From Nanobdellota archaeon (lineage in GTDB: Archaea > Nanobdellota > Nanobdellia > Tiddalikarchaeales > Tiddalikarchaeaceae), in NCBI GenBank assembly GCA_016931175.1, contig JAFGFH010000013.1, forward strand, positions 13,486 to 45,485: DNA of 32,000 bases. Direction: 5' to 3'. How positions within the stretch are numbered: the stretch's first letter is position 1; the number at the start of each line of letters is the position of its first letter. Positions 17,378 through 24,528 of the stretch are shown piece by piece. The position numbers and the translations under genes were made by a program. The notes beneath the pieces were generated by a model. It had not been told where the DNA came from and did not search any database. It saw only the letters and a list, made by a program, of their open reading frames with translations.

Positions 17378-18219
17378 TTTCTTCCCTCCTTGATTATACT
17401 CGCAGCAGCAACTACTCCTTTGCTTACAGCAGTGCTTACCTGACCTAAACCTTTAGTGCAGTCCCCTGCAGCCCAGACGAAAGGAACATTAGTTTTCATA
17501 TCCTCATCAGCCTTAACTTTGTCTGCCTCAATTATTACACCAAGCATCTTGGCCAAATCATTAGCTGAAGCGTTCCCTGCAGCAATGAATAAACCGTCAA
17601 CCTTAACTGTTCCTTTGCTTGTCTTAACAGAGTCAACGAGTTTCTCACCCATTATCTTCTCAATCTTATACTCTTCAATTTTGAATTTTTTTGTTTTGAA
17701 CTCCGGCTTCTTCCCGTTAGTGACAATAGTAACATCTTTTGTATAATCCAGCAAATCCTCTGCCTCGGCTAGTGCGAAACTAGTATTTCCTACAACGAAT
17801 ACTTTCTTGTTCTTGAAAAAGAAACCGTCGCACGAGACGCAGTAACTCACTCCTTTGCCGACGTAGTTTTTCTCGTTGCTAATCTCTGACATCTTCTTAG
17901 CACTCCCGGTTGCTATTATTAAATTCTTACAATCGTAATTCTTTTCAGAAAAGACTTTGAAGCTTTCATCTTCTGCTTCCACCTTCGTAACTAATCCGTT
18001 AATCACCTTAGCACCGAAGCCTTCAGCCTGCTTCTGCCCTTTTTCCATAAGTTTCCTGCCAGTAATCTCACCCGCAGCGAAGAAGTTGTTAATCTTAACA
18101 CTATCCTTCCAAATCTGATTCTCTTCACCAATAACCAATACTTTTCTGCCCGCCCTGCACAAGTAAATCGCAGCACTTAAACCAGCAGGACCCCTGCCAA
18201 TAATAATCACATCATACAT
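17374..18219 (-). CDS. trxB: Thioredoxin-reductase-like flavoprotein with degenerate NADPH-binding motifs
   Basis: FAD motif YDVIIIGRGPAGLSAA, redox CVSC in GVSYCVSCDG, C-terminal VWAAGDCT. The expected GGGNSA and HRRxxxR positions read VVGNTSFALAEA and VTIVTNGKKPEF. Confidence 0.8.
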   Translation of the reverse strand: MYDVIIIGRGPAGLSAAIYLCRAGRKVLVIGEENQIWKDSVKINNFFAAGEITGRKLMEKGQKQAEGFGAKVINGLVTKVEAEDESFKVFSEKNYDCKNLIIATGSAKKMSEISNEKNYVGKGVSYCVSCDGFFFKNKKVFVVGNTSFALAEAEDLLDYTKDVTIVTNGKKPEFKTKKFKIEEYKIEKIMGEKLVDSVKTSKGTVKVDGLFIAAGNASANDLAKMLGVIIEADKVKADEDMKTNVPFVWAAGDCTKGLGQVSTAVSKGVVAAASIIKEGRK

Positions 18220-18241
18220 GACTTATTAGAAGGTGCTAAGC

Positions 18242-18250
18242 TTTTTTTAA
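18242..18250 (-). promoter_or_regulatory. TATA-like box (TTAAAAAAA on minus strand) for the trxB-pyk-gpsA-fdx operon
   Basis: Its centre at 18246 is 27 nt upstream of complement ATG 18219. It overlaps the stop codon of the 505-aa gene. Confidence 0.35.
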
Positions 18251-19764
18251 GATTTCTCTAACTTAACTTTACTCCTCAAAAAAGCAGCCGTACTAGGGTC
18301 AAAAACGTAAACGCCTTTATCTGTTAAAGCGTTCCAGTCAGGACTTATTCCCTGCTTTTTTTGTTTAAGATAGAAATGAGAACTTCTCGGATCAAACGCG
18401 ATATCATCTTCTTCTTTTTTATAAAACTTTATCGTATACTTCTGCCTTGAAGGTGAAATTGATAATTTTGAAACCTCTTCTTTAAATACTCCTCCATCAA
18501 AGTCAATAGTTTTAATATCTGAAGAGAATAAAGGAGCCTTTACATTTTTAGTTAAAATCTTTGGACTTACATAATACTTCGCGTCTCTTCCAAGTCTCTT
18601 GCTGCCTTCTTGTAAAAGAACTGCGCTTATGTTGTCAACATTACCTGTGAGTATTGCAGTATCTTCAAAAATACTCTTTCTAATACCTATAATTCCGTTG
18701 GCTTGCAGGAAAGGGCTCATCATGTATTCAAAACCTATATTATTAAAGAGTTCAAACTCTGCGTCGTACATGGGCTTTTTCTCAGCATAGATTCTCCAAG
18801 CTAATAAAGAGTTTATTCCTTTAGCAATCCTGTTCTCTTTGCCGTCAGGTCTTTTAAAACTCTCCATTAAGTCAAGGCCTGTGCATAAATTCTCAAGAGT
18901 TGCAAGAACTCCTTTTGGTTTTTCAATCCTAATCTTCTCAGGAAAGTATTTCGCGTATATCATAAGTGCGAGCAAGTGCTTGCCAGGAAGATCGTGTTCA
19001 GTATGTTCGTCCTTAGTGTCAGAGCCTTTAATCTTGTCTCCGCAGCCGCAGCTCATACTAAGATTGTCTTTGAATACTAATCCTTTAATAGTTTCAAAAG
19101 CGCAGTTCTGATAGGTTACGCCGTACTCATTTGTTACATTATTAGAAGCGCTTTCAACGTCAGCTGTTAGTGTTTCTCCTGTAAATTCTGCGTTCTTAAA
19201 CCTGAAACTAAAGTGGTCGCTGTACCTGTCAGATTTCTTGTTCATACCTTTATATAATTGCTGAAGCTTTCCTGTATTAAAACTAAAGCATAACCTGTCA
19301 GATAACATGTCATCATAATTCAATAGCAAAGCCTTCATTGTCCTAACTGGGTCAAATCTTATATAATGCCCGTTGCTGTGTTCAATCTTTATATCCCAGC
19401 TTCTTATCATCCAAGGCTTGTTAAACATGTTCTTCTCCCAAATGAAAGGGCCTTTTAGCTGAAATCCGTAATCAAAATGTATGTATCCTAAGTATTTGCT
19501 GTCAACACCTGCAGCGTCTACTAATCTATTGGTGCTGTTTGGTCTTTTAGGGAACTCGTTCTCATCAAACCTTCCAGTGTAATACCCTATTAATTCTCCT
19601 ATATTGAACAACGCCTTGCTGAAAGCGAAATCCCCGTTGTTCTCTTTTATAATTTTTGCAGTCTCAGGCTCGTATTTTAAAAAATAGTGCTCTAAGAAGA
19701 CTTCTCTATCTTCATTGAATTCCAATGGATTAATCCATTCCTTAATCTCTGAAAAAGCACTCAT
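18247..19764 (-). CDS. Orphan 505-aa soluble protein with degenerate SWIM-like element; function unknown
   Basis: Uninterrupted ORF with ATG start and an A/T box about 29 nt upstream (19786-19801). Internal SCGCGDK-x(17)-PGKHLLALMIYAKYF resembles SWIM CxC...CxH with the third Cys replaced by Gly. No other motif recognised. Confidence 0.7.
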   Translation of the reverse strand: MSAFSEIKEWINPLEFNEDREVFLEHYFLKYEPETAKIIKENNGDFAFSKALFNIGELIGYYTGRFDENEFPKRPNSTNRLVDAAGVDSKYLGYIHFDYGFQLKGPFIWEKNMFNKPWMIRSWDIKIEHSNGHYIRFDPVRTMKALLLNYDDMLSDRLCFSFNTGKLQQLYKGMNKKSDRYSDHFSFRFKNAEFTGETLTADVESASNNVTNEYGVTYQNCAFETIKGLVFKDNLSMSCGCGDKIKGSDTKDEHTEHDLPGKHLLALMIYAKYFPEKIRIEKPKGVLATLENLCTGLDLMESFKRPDGKENRIAKGINSLLAWRIYAEKKPMYDAEFELFNNIGFEYMMSPFLQANGIIGIRKSIFEDTAILTGNVDNISAVLLQEGSKRLGRDAKYYVSPKILTKNVKAPLFSSDIKTIDFDGGVFKEEVSKLSISPSRQKYTIKFYKKEEDDIAFDPRSSHFYLKQKKQGISPDWNALTDKGVYVFDPSTAAFLRSKVKLEKS

Positions 19765-19813
19765 TAATATATTATCTTAAGAAATCCTATTTATTAATTT
19801 ATCCCTACCACTC

Positions 19814-20410
19814 TTAGTTGTTGCTTTTTGCAGGTTTGAAAAACTGCTTCTCTGTCGCGTATTTAATTATTGAGGTTAACTGGAATAGTAAAGCGTGAAG
19901 GGCATAATCTGGTTTGAAAAAATAGACGAAAACAATAACCATGACTATTCTTACCAGCATCTCAACGAACTCGTTCCTAGTATACTTCAAATACTTATTG
20001 CTTAAGAACACGAACCCAATAGATAATGCGAAAAAAATTGCAATGACAGGATTTATTAAGAGAAATGTTCCAATATTAGTGCTCGCACCCTTGCCTCCCT
20101 TGAATCTTAAGAAGAGGCTGTAATTGTGGCCGAGTGTTGAGAAGACTCCGGAGACTAGTGTTGCCAGCCACAAATCATTCAACAAGTAATAAGACAATAA
20201 TCCTGCTGCCACGGCTTTGCCTAAATCAAAAACTATTACAAGCAAGTAAGTTTTAAGTGATTTAGTTATGTAAAAAGAGTTGGTTCCTCCAACGTTCCCG
20301 TCACCCTCCAAGAGTATGTTTTTTTTATGAAAGAATTTTAAGAATAAGTAAGAGCTGGGATAACTGCCCAGCACGTAACTAATTAAACAGCTTATTATTA
20401 CTCTTAACAA
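19814..20410 (-). CDS. plsY: Glycerol-3-phosphate acyltransferase PlsY family, paralogue 2
   Basis: LGSYPSSY, GDGNVGGTN, DLGKAV, GHNYSLFLRFKGGKGAST, about 5-6 TM helices. TTG start; overlaps paralogue 1 by 32 nt. Confidence 0.8.
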   Translation of the reverse strand: MLRVIISCLISYVLGSYPSSYLFLKFFHKKNILLEGDGNVGGTNSFYITKSLKTYLLVIVFDLGKAVAAGLLSYYLLNDLWLATLVSGVFSTLGHNYSLFLRFKGGKGASTNIGTFLLINPVIAIFFALSIGFVFLSNKYLKYTRNEFVEMLVRIVMVIVFVYFFKPDYALHALLFQLTSIIKYATEKQFFKPAKSNN

Positions 20411-20936
20411 TTCGAATCACGTCCTTGTGAGCTATTAAAACAGCTCCAATAATTCCTAAATAAATCACGTATTCAGGCAGATTAAAAAGGAATAAGAAGA
20501 TGAGAAGAATAGGAATGCTAAGCAGACCTGCCTTCACGTAATCCTTTAATAAAACCAGTAAAATGATTAAGATTACAACCATTAATGCCAAAAATAATGG
20601 TTTTATTAATAGCATAACTCCTATTGCGATAGCTAAACCCTTGCCTCCCTTGAAATTCAAGAATATGCTGTAATCATGGCCTAAGATGCCTGCTGTGACA
20701 GCAATGATTAAACCAGCAGGGCCTGGACTTAACGATTGGGAGATTATGACTATTAAAACCCCTTTTAAAACGTCCACTAGTAATACTATTCCTGACATGA
20801 TAATTGAATGGCTCGTGATTAAAACATTATACGCTCCCATGTTCTTATCCCCTTTGTAAAATATTTTATTATCCATTAAGTAAGCAGTTGGGAAACTGCC
20901 AATAATGTACGAGATTAAAGCAAGTAATAGGTTCAT
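20379..20936 (-). CDS. plsY: Glycerol-3-phosphate acyltransferase PlsY family, paralogue 1
   Basis: IGSFPTAY, GDKNMGAYN, DVLKGV, GHDYSIFLNFKGGKGLA. ATGA overlap with the degV stop. Confidence 0.8.
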   Translation of the reverse strand: MNLLLALISYIIGSFPTAYLMDNKIFYKGDKNMGAYNVLITSHSIIMSGIVLLVDVLKGVLIVIISQSLSPGPAGLIIAVTAGILGHDYSIFLNFKGGKGLAIAIGVMLLIKPLFLALMVVILIILLVLLKDYVKAGLLSIPILLIFLFLFNLPEYVIYLGIIGAVLIAHKDVIRIVKSNNKLFN

Positions 20937-21751
20937 TCCTCAACCCAACCGATTGCTACGCACTCAGGTCCGACGTGAACACCTAAGACTGGAGTTAAAT
21001 AATCCATAACAATAACCTCGTATTTTTTCTTGAAAAAATCAATTAATTCCTTAGTCTCCTTGTCAAGATTGTTATGTATTAAGTAAATCTTTTCTGCACT
21101 GTTTATCTTTGATGATACGAAGCTTTGAAAACCGTTAACAAAATCATTAAGAACAAGCATCTTCCCAGCACTCTTCAAAGCGCCTTCTGCTATTTCAAGA
21201 ACAGGTTTTAAGTTTATAAGCCTTCCAAAAGCTCCTAAGACCTTATTAACCCTGCCTCCTCTTACTAAATAGTTAAGATTTTTTACAACAAAGAATATTT
21301 TAACCTTTGGAACCATTTCCTTGACTTGTTTTATAATCTCTTCATAATTTTCTCCCTTCTTTAACAAATCAACTGCTTTATCCACGAGCAAACCCATTGC
21401 AGCACTCGTTGTTTTGGAATCAATAATAGTTATCGGGTTTTTGAATAATTTAGCAGCAGTTAACCCGCTATTATACGTGCCGCTGAGTATAGAACTAACT
21501 GTTAATACGATTAATTTGTCATTTTTGAACTTGTTAAAGACCTTAATAAAATCTTCAGGATTGGCTTGGCTGGTCTTAAACACGTTGTCCCAATTAGTTA
21601 TCTTGTCATAAAAATCTTTCTTGCCTATTCGTACCTCTTTATCATTGAGAAAGGTGTGAACACTGACTTCGTGAACTAATCTCTTGTCTGTTGCTGGCAG
21701 GTAATCAATTGTGCCGTCAACGAGTATTCTAATCCTTCCTGATGCTTTCAT
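20933..21751 (-). CDS. degV: DegV family fatty-acid-binding protein (FakB-like)
   Basis: ILVDGTIDYL, KTSQANPEDF, LTVSSILSGTYNS, IIDSKTTSAAMGLLV, NYLVRGGRV, LKPVLEI. These are the canonical DegV blocks. Confidence 0.85.
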   Translation of the reverse strand: MKASGRIRILVDGTIDYLPATDKRLVHEVSVHTFLNDKEVRIGKKDFYDKITNWDNVFKTSQANPEDFIKVFNKFKNDKLIVLTVSSILSGTYNSGLTAAKLFKNPITIIDSKTTSAAMGLLVDKAVDLLKKGENYEEIIKQVKEMVPKVKIFFVVKNLNYLVRGGRVNKVLGAFGRLINLKPVLEIAEGALKSAGKMLVLNDFVNGFQSFVSSKINSAEKIYLIHNNLDKETKELIDFFKKKYEVIVMDYLTPVLGVHVGPECVAIGWVEE

Positions 21752-22628
21752 TCTGCTCCCTCATATTATCAACCTCGAATTTTACAATTTCCCCAAAGGA
21801 TGAGCATAAAATTTTAACATTATCAAAGTCATTAGTGTGCATGTGAATTCTTAAGAGATTATTATCCTCTCCAAGCTCTATAGAATCACCTATTGAACCA
21901 AGAACCTCTTTTAATCCCTTCACGTGCTCGCATTTTTTTAATAATACGTTAACGCAGTATTCCATTTTAATATTATTCACTGGCTCCTTAACTATCATGT
22001 GGTCAAAAGATGAATCATATTTTGGAACCACACCTATGGCTCTAAGCCAGGCAGCCATCATGTAAATAACACCTAATCCTCCCGCGTCAACAACCCCGCA
22101 GTCTTTGAGCACTGGCAAACGGTTCATAGTTTTCTTCAAATACTTCTGCGCTGTTTCAAAACTGCTTAATAATACATCTATCACGTTTTCGCACTTCTTA
22201 ACCATTTTAATGGCGCCGATGCTTGCTCCTTTAAACACTGTCAGCATGGTTCCTTCAACAGGGTTGTTAACTGCTTTGTAAGCGTAATTGCAGCCGATTT
22301 TTATTGCTTTAGCGAACTCTTCAGGCCCGACTTTCTTGTATTTTATCAAACAATCACAGAAGCCTTTGTAAAACTGTGACATTATCACTCCACTATTGCC
22401 TCTCGCATCGGATAATAAGTAAGTCTTCAAATCTATCAGGAAATCTTTCAAGGAGTCATGATTCTTTAAATTCTTAGCATTGTTAAAAGTGTAGCAGAGA
22501 TTATTCCCAGTGTCACCATCTCTTACTGGGAAAACGTTTATGTAATTCAAGTAATCCTTCTTAGATTCTATAACACTGGCAGTTTCGAATATCATGTTCT
22601 TAAAATCATTGACTTCAAGCCTTTCCAT
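21729..22628 (-). CDS. Dak2-domain protein equivalent to the N-terminal and middle domains of fatty acid kinase FakA (C-terminal domain absent)
   Basis: VFPVRDGDTGNN, DARGNSGVIMSQFYKGF, NPVEGTMLTV, CGVVDAGGLGV, YCVNVLL, IGDSIELGEDNNLLRIHMHT, VKFEVDNMREQN. These are collinear with my recollection of S. aureus FakA up to its inter-domain linker. 299 aa. Confidence 0.8.
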   Translation of the reverse strand: MERLEVNDFKNMIFETASVIESKKDYLNYINVFPVRDGDTGNNLCYTFNNAKNLKNHDSLKDFLIDLKTYLLSDARGNSGVIMSQFYKGFCDCLIKYKKVGPEEFAKAIKIGCNYAYKAVNNPVEGTMLTVFKGASIGAIKMVKKCENVIDVLLSSFETAQKYLKKTMNRLPVLKDCGVVDAGGLGVIYMMAAWLRAIGVVPKYDSSFDHMIVKEPVNNIKMEYCVNVLLKKCEHVKGLKEVLGSIGDSIELGEDNNLLRIHMHTNDFDNVKILCSSFGEIVKFEVDNMREQNESIRKD

Positions 22629-22650
22629 AGTATAGACGTAAACAAGAGGA

Positions 22651-22658
22651 TTTTAAAA
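22651..22658 (-). promoter_or_regulatory. TATA box TTTTAAAA for the fakA-like/degV/plsY/plsY operon
   Basis: Its centre is 26.5 nt upstream of complement ATG 22628, implying a leaderless transcript. Confidence 0.4.
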
Positions 22659-22689
22659 GAGTTTTTTAATCGACAATTAACGAATATAA

Positions 22690-24471
22690 TCAGCCTAGCC
22701 CCCATAAGGGGTTCTTTCTTCTTAATAAAATAACAATCTCCTGCATTAATTCAACCTCTGCCTTGGTCATGAAGCTCTTCAAACCCCTTTTCATCTTTAT
22801 GAAATCCTTTTCAGGAATGAAGGTGTAAAGTATTTCATTATCAATAAAGTCTTTCTCGTAAGTTGCGCCGTCAATGCTGCAAGCTATTTTATCATTAGTT
22901 TTAGCGGTTTGTATAGTAATACCCTGGTTCTGCAGCTGCTTAACTGTTCCTATAATTTCACTGTTCTCTTTCATCAACTGAACTCCTGGCTTCAAACTGC
23001 CCTTTAAAACGTTCACTCCTACAACTGCAGGCTTGCTCTTCCTGAAAACAAAGTCGCCCATTACTTGAATCTTGGCAGGCAAGTGAATCTCATTAAGCTG
23101 CTGCCTTTTAACCTCTTCCATTACCATATCCCTCCACTCCTTATACTTATCAAGCAAGTGGTAGATTATGTTGCTGGTAACTATTTTGATATTATTTTCC
23201 TGGCTTAGCCTCTCCGCGTCCTCATTAACCTTAACATTAAAACCTAGAATGATACCATAATACAAGTTCTTCTCTTTCATATGCGCTGATGTTATAACAT
23301 CCTTCTTGTTAATGTCACCAATCCCGCTATTTGCTATCATAATACCGTTCTTTTTCAAGAAACCAGTAAGTGCTTCAAGACTGCCCAGACTCTCAGCCTT
23401 CAAAACAATGCCTTTCTCCTGGCCGGTTATGAAGACCTTGCTTATCTCAATCATCATCTTTTTCATAATCTCCTGCGCTTGCTTCATATTATCAGCGCTT
23501 TGAATAGGCATTCCTGCAATAGCGTTTTCAAGCTCTGGCGCTGCTACTCTTATACCGCTCGCAGCAACCACTTCATCCGTTTGGTTAAAACTGCACCTCT
23601 TATCTCTTATCTCCTGCAAAACAGCCGGTTTTAAAAGGGCCCTTATTCTTGTTATGAAAGGCTTCTCACTGCCTCCCACTATTAAGAACTGGTTCTTTCT
23701 TAAGACGCCGTCATAAACTATCATGTCAATAGTTGTTCCCAAACCAATGCTGCTCTTAACTTCTAAAACGCTTCCCTTAGCATTTCCTGGTGTTACTTCA
23801 AGATTCTTTTTAAGAAACTTCTGCGCTAACCCGCTAATCATTACTAATAACTCGCTTATGCCCTCGCCAGTTACTCCGCTGCAAGGAACTATTGCAACAG
23901 TTTGAGTGAAATCATCAATCTTGTTGAACAAGTCGCAGTTGATGCCGTACTTGCTTAACTCACTCATTAAGTTATACACTTTGTTCTGGATGTAATCCTT
24001 AACGTAATTATTCTGATACTTGATGCTTTCAGAGAAGGACAGAGTGTTCTGCACCTTCCAACCAGTTATTAAGTCAATCTTGTTCGCTGCGATTATGAAT
24101 GGGACCTTGAACTGTTTAAGTATTTCAATACTCTCCTTTGTCTGGGGCTGAACGCCCTGAGTGATGTCAATAACTAGTATTGCAAGGTCTGCAACACTTC
24201 CCCCTCTCTTCCTTAAATTAGTGAAGGCTTCATGCCCTGGAGTGTCAATAGCAAGTATTCCTGGAATTTCAAGCTTAATGTTCATCTTCTCCATCAAGTC
24301 CCCGCTAATCTCTCTAATCTTAGTCATTGGAATCTCAGTAGCGCCAATGCACTGCGTTATGCCTCCTGCCTCATTCTTCTGGACAGTCGTCTGCCTAATC
24401 TTGTCAAGCAAAGTGCTCTTTCCGTGGTCAACGTGGCCAACTACTACAATAATAGGGCTTCTGATTGGCAT
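22690..24471 (-). CDS. infB: Translation initiation factor aIF5B (IF-2)
   Basis: RSPIIVVVGHVDHGKSTLLDKIR, DTPGHEAF, NKIDL, domain order typical of aIF5B, 593 aa. Confidence 0.95.
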   Translation of the reverse strand: MPIRSPIIVVVGHVDHGKSTLLDKIRQTTVQKNEAGGITQCIGATEIPMTKIREISGDLMEKMNIKLEIPGILAIDTPGHEAFTNLRKRGGSVADLAILVIDITQGVQPQTKESIEILKQFKVPFIIAANKIDLITGWKVQNTLSFSESIKYQNNYVKDYIQNKVYNLMSELSKYGINCDLFNKIDDFTQTVAIVPCSGVTGEGISELLVMISGLAQKFLKKNLEVTPGNAKGSVLEVKSSIGLGTTIDMIVYDGVLRKNQFLIVGGSEKPFITRIRALLKPAVLQEIRDKRCSFNQTDEVVAASGIRVAAPELENAIAGMPIQSADNMKQAQEIMKKMMIEISKVFITGQEKGIVLKAESLGSLEALTGFLKKNGIMIANSGIGDINKKDVITSAHMKEKNLYYGIILGFNVKVNEDAERLSQENNIKIVTSNIIYHLLDKYKEWRDMVMEEVKRQQLNEIHLPAKIQVMGDFVFRKSKPAVVGVNVLKGSLKPGVQLMKENSEIIGTVKQLQNQGITIQTAKTNDKIACSIDGATYEKDFIDNEILYTFIPEKDFIKMKRGLKSFMTKAEVELMQEIVILLRRKNPLWGLG

Positions 24472-24496
24472 AGTAAATAATAAAGAGGAGAAATGG

Positions 24497-24505
24497 TTTT
24501 AAAAA
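24497..24505. promoter_or_regulatory. Palindromic TATA box TTTTAAAAA shared by divergent infB and the ABC transporter operon
   Basis: Its centre at 24501 is 30 nt from complement ATG 24471 and 28 nt from ATG 24529. Confidence 0.45.
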
Positions 24506-24528
24506 GTTTGCACTGCAATAATAATTTA

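Noticed and set aside
19348-19380. An H-x4-D motif (HYIRFD) in the 505-aa orphan as evidence that it is the missing PlsC-type acyltransferase
   Set aside because: H-x4-D is expected by chance in a protein of this length. The surrounding sequence lacks the other acyltransferase blocks, so the lipid link rests on gene context only.
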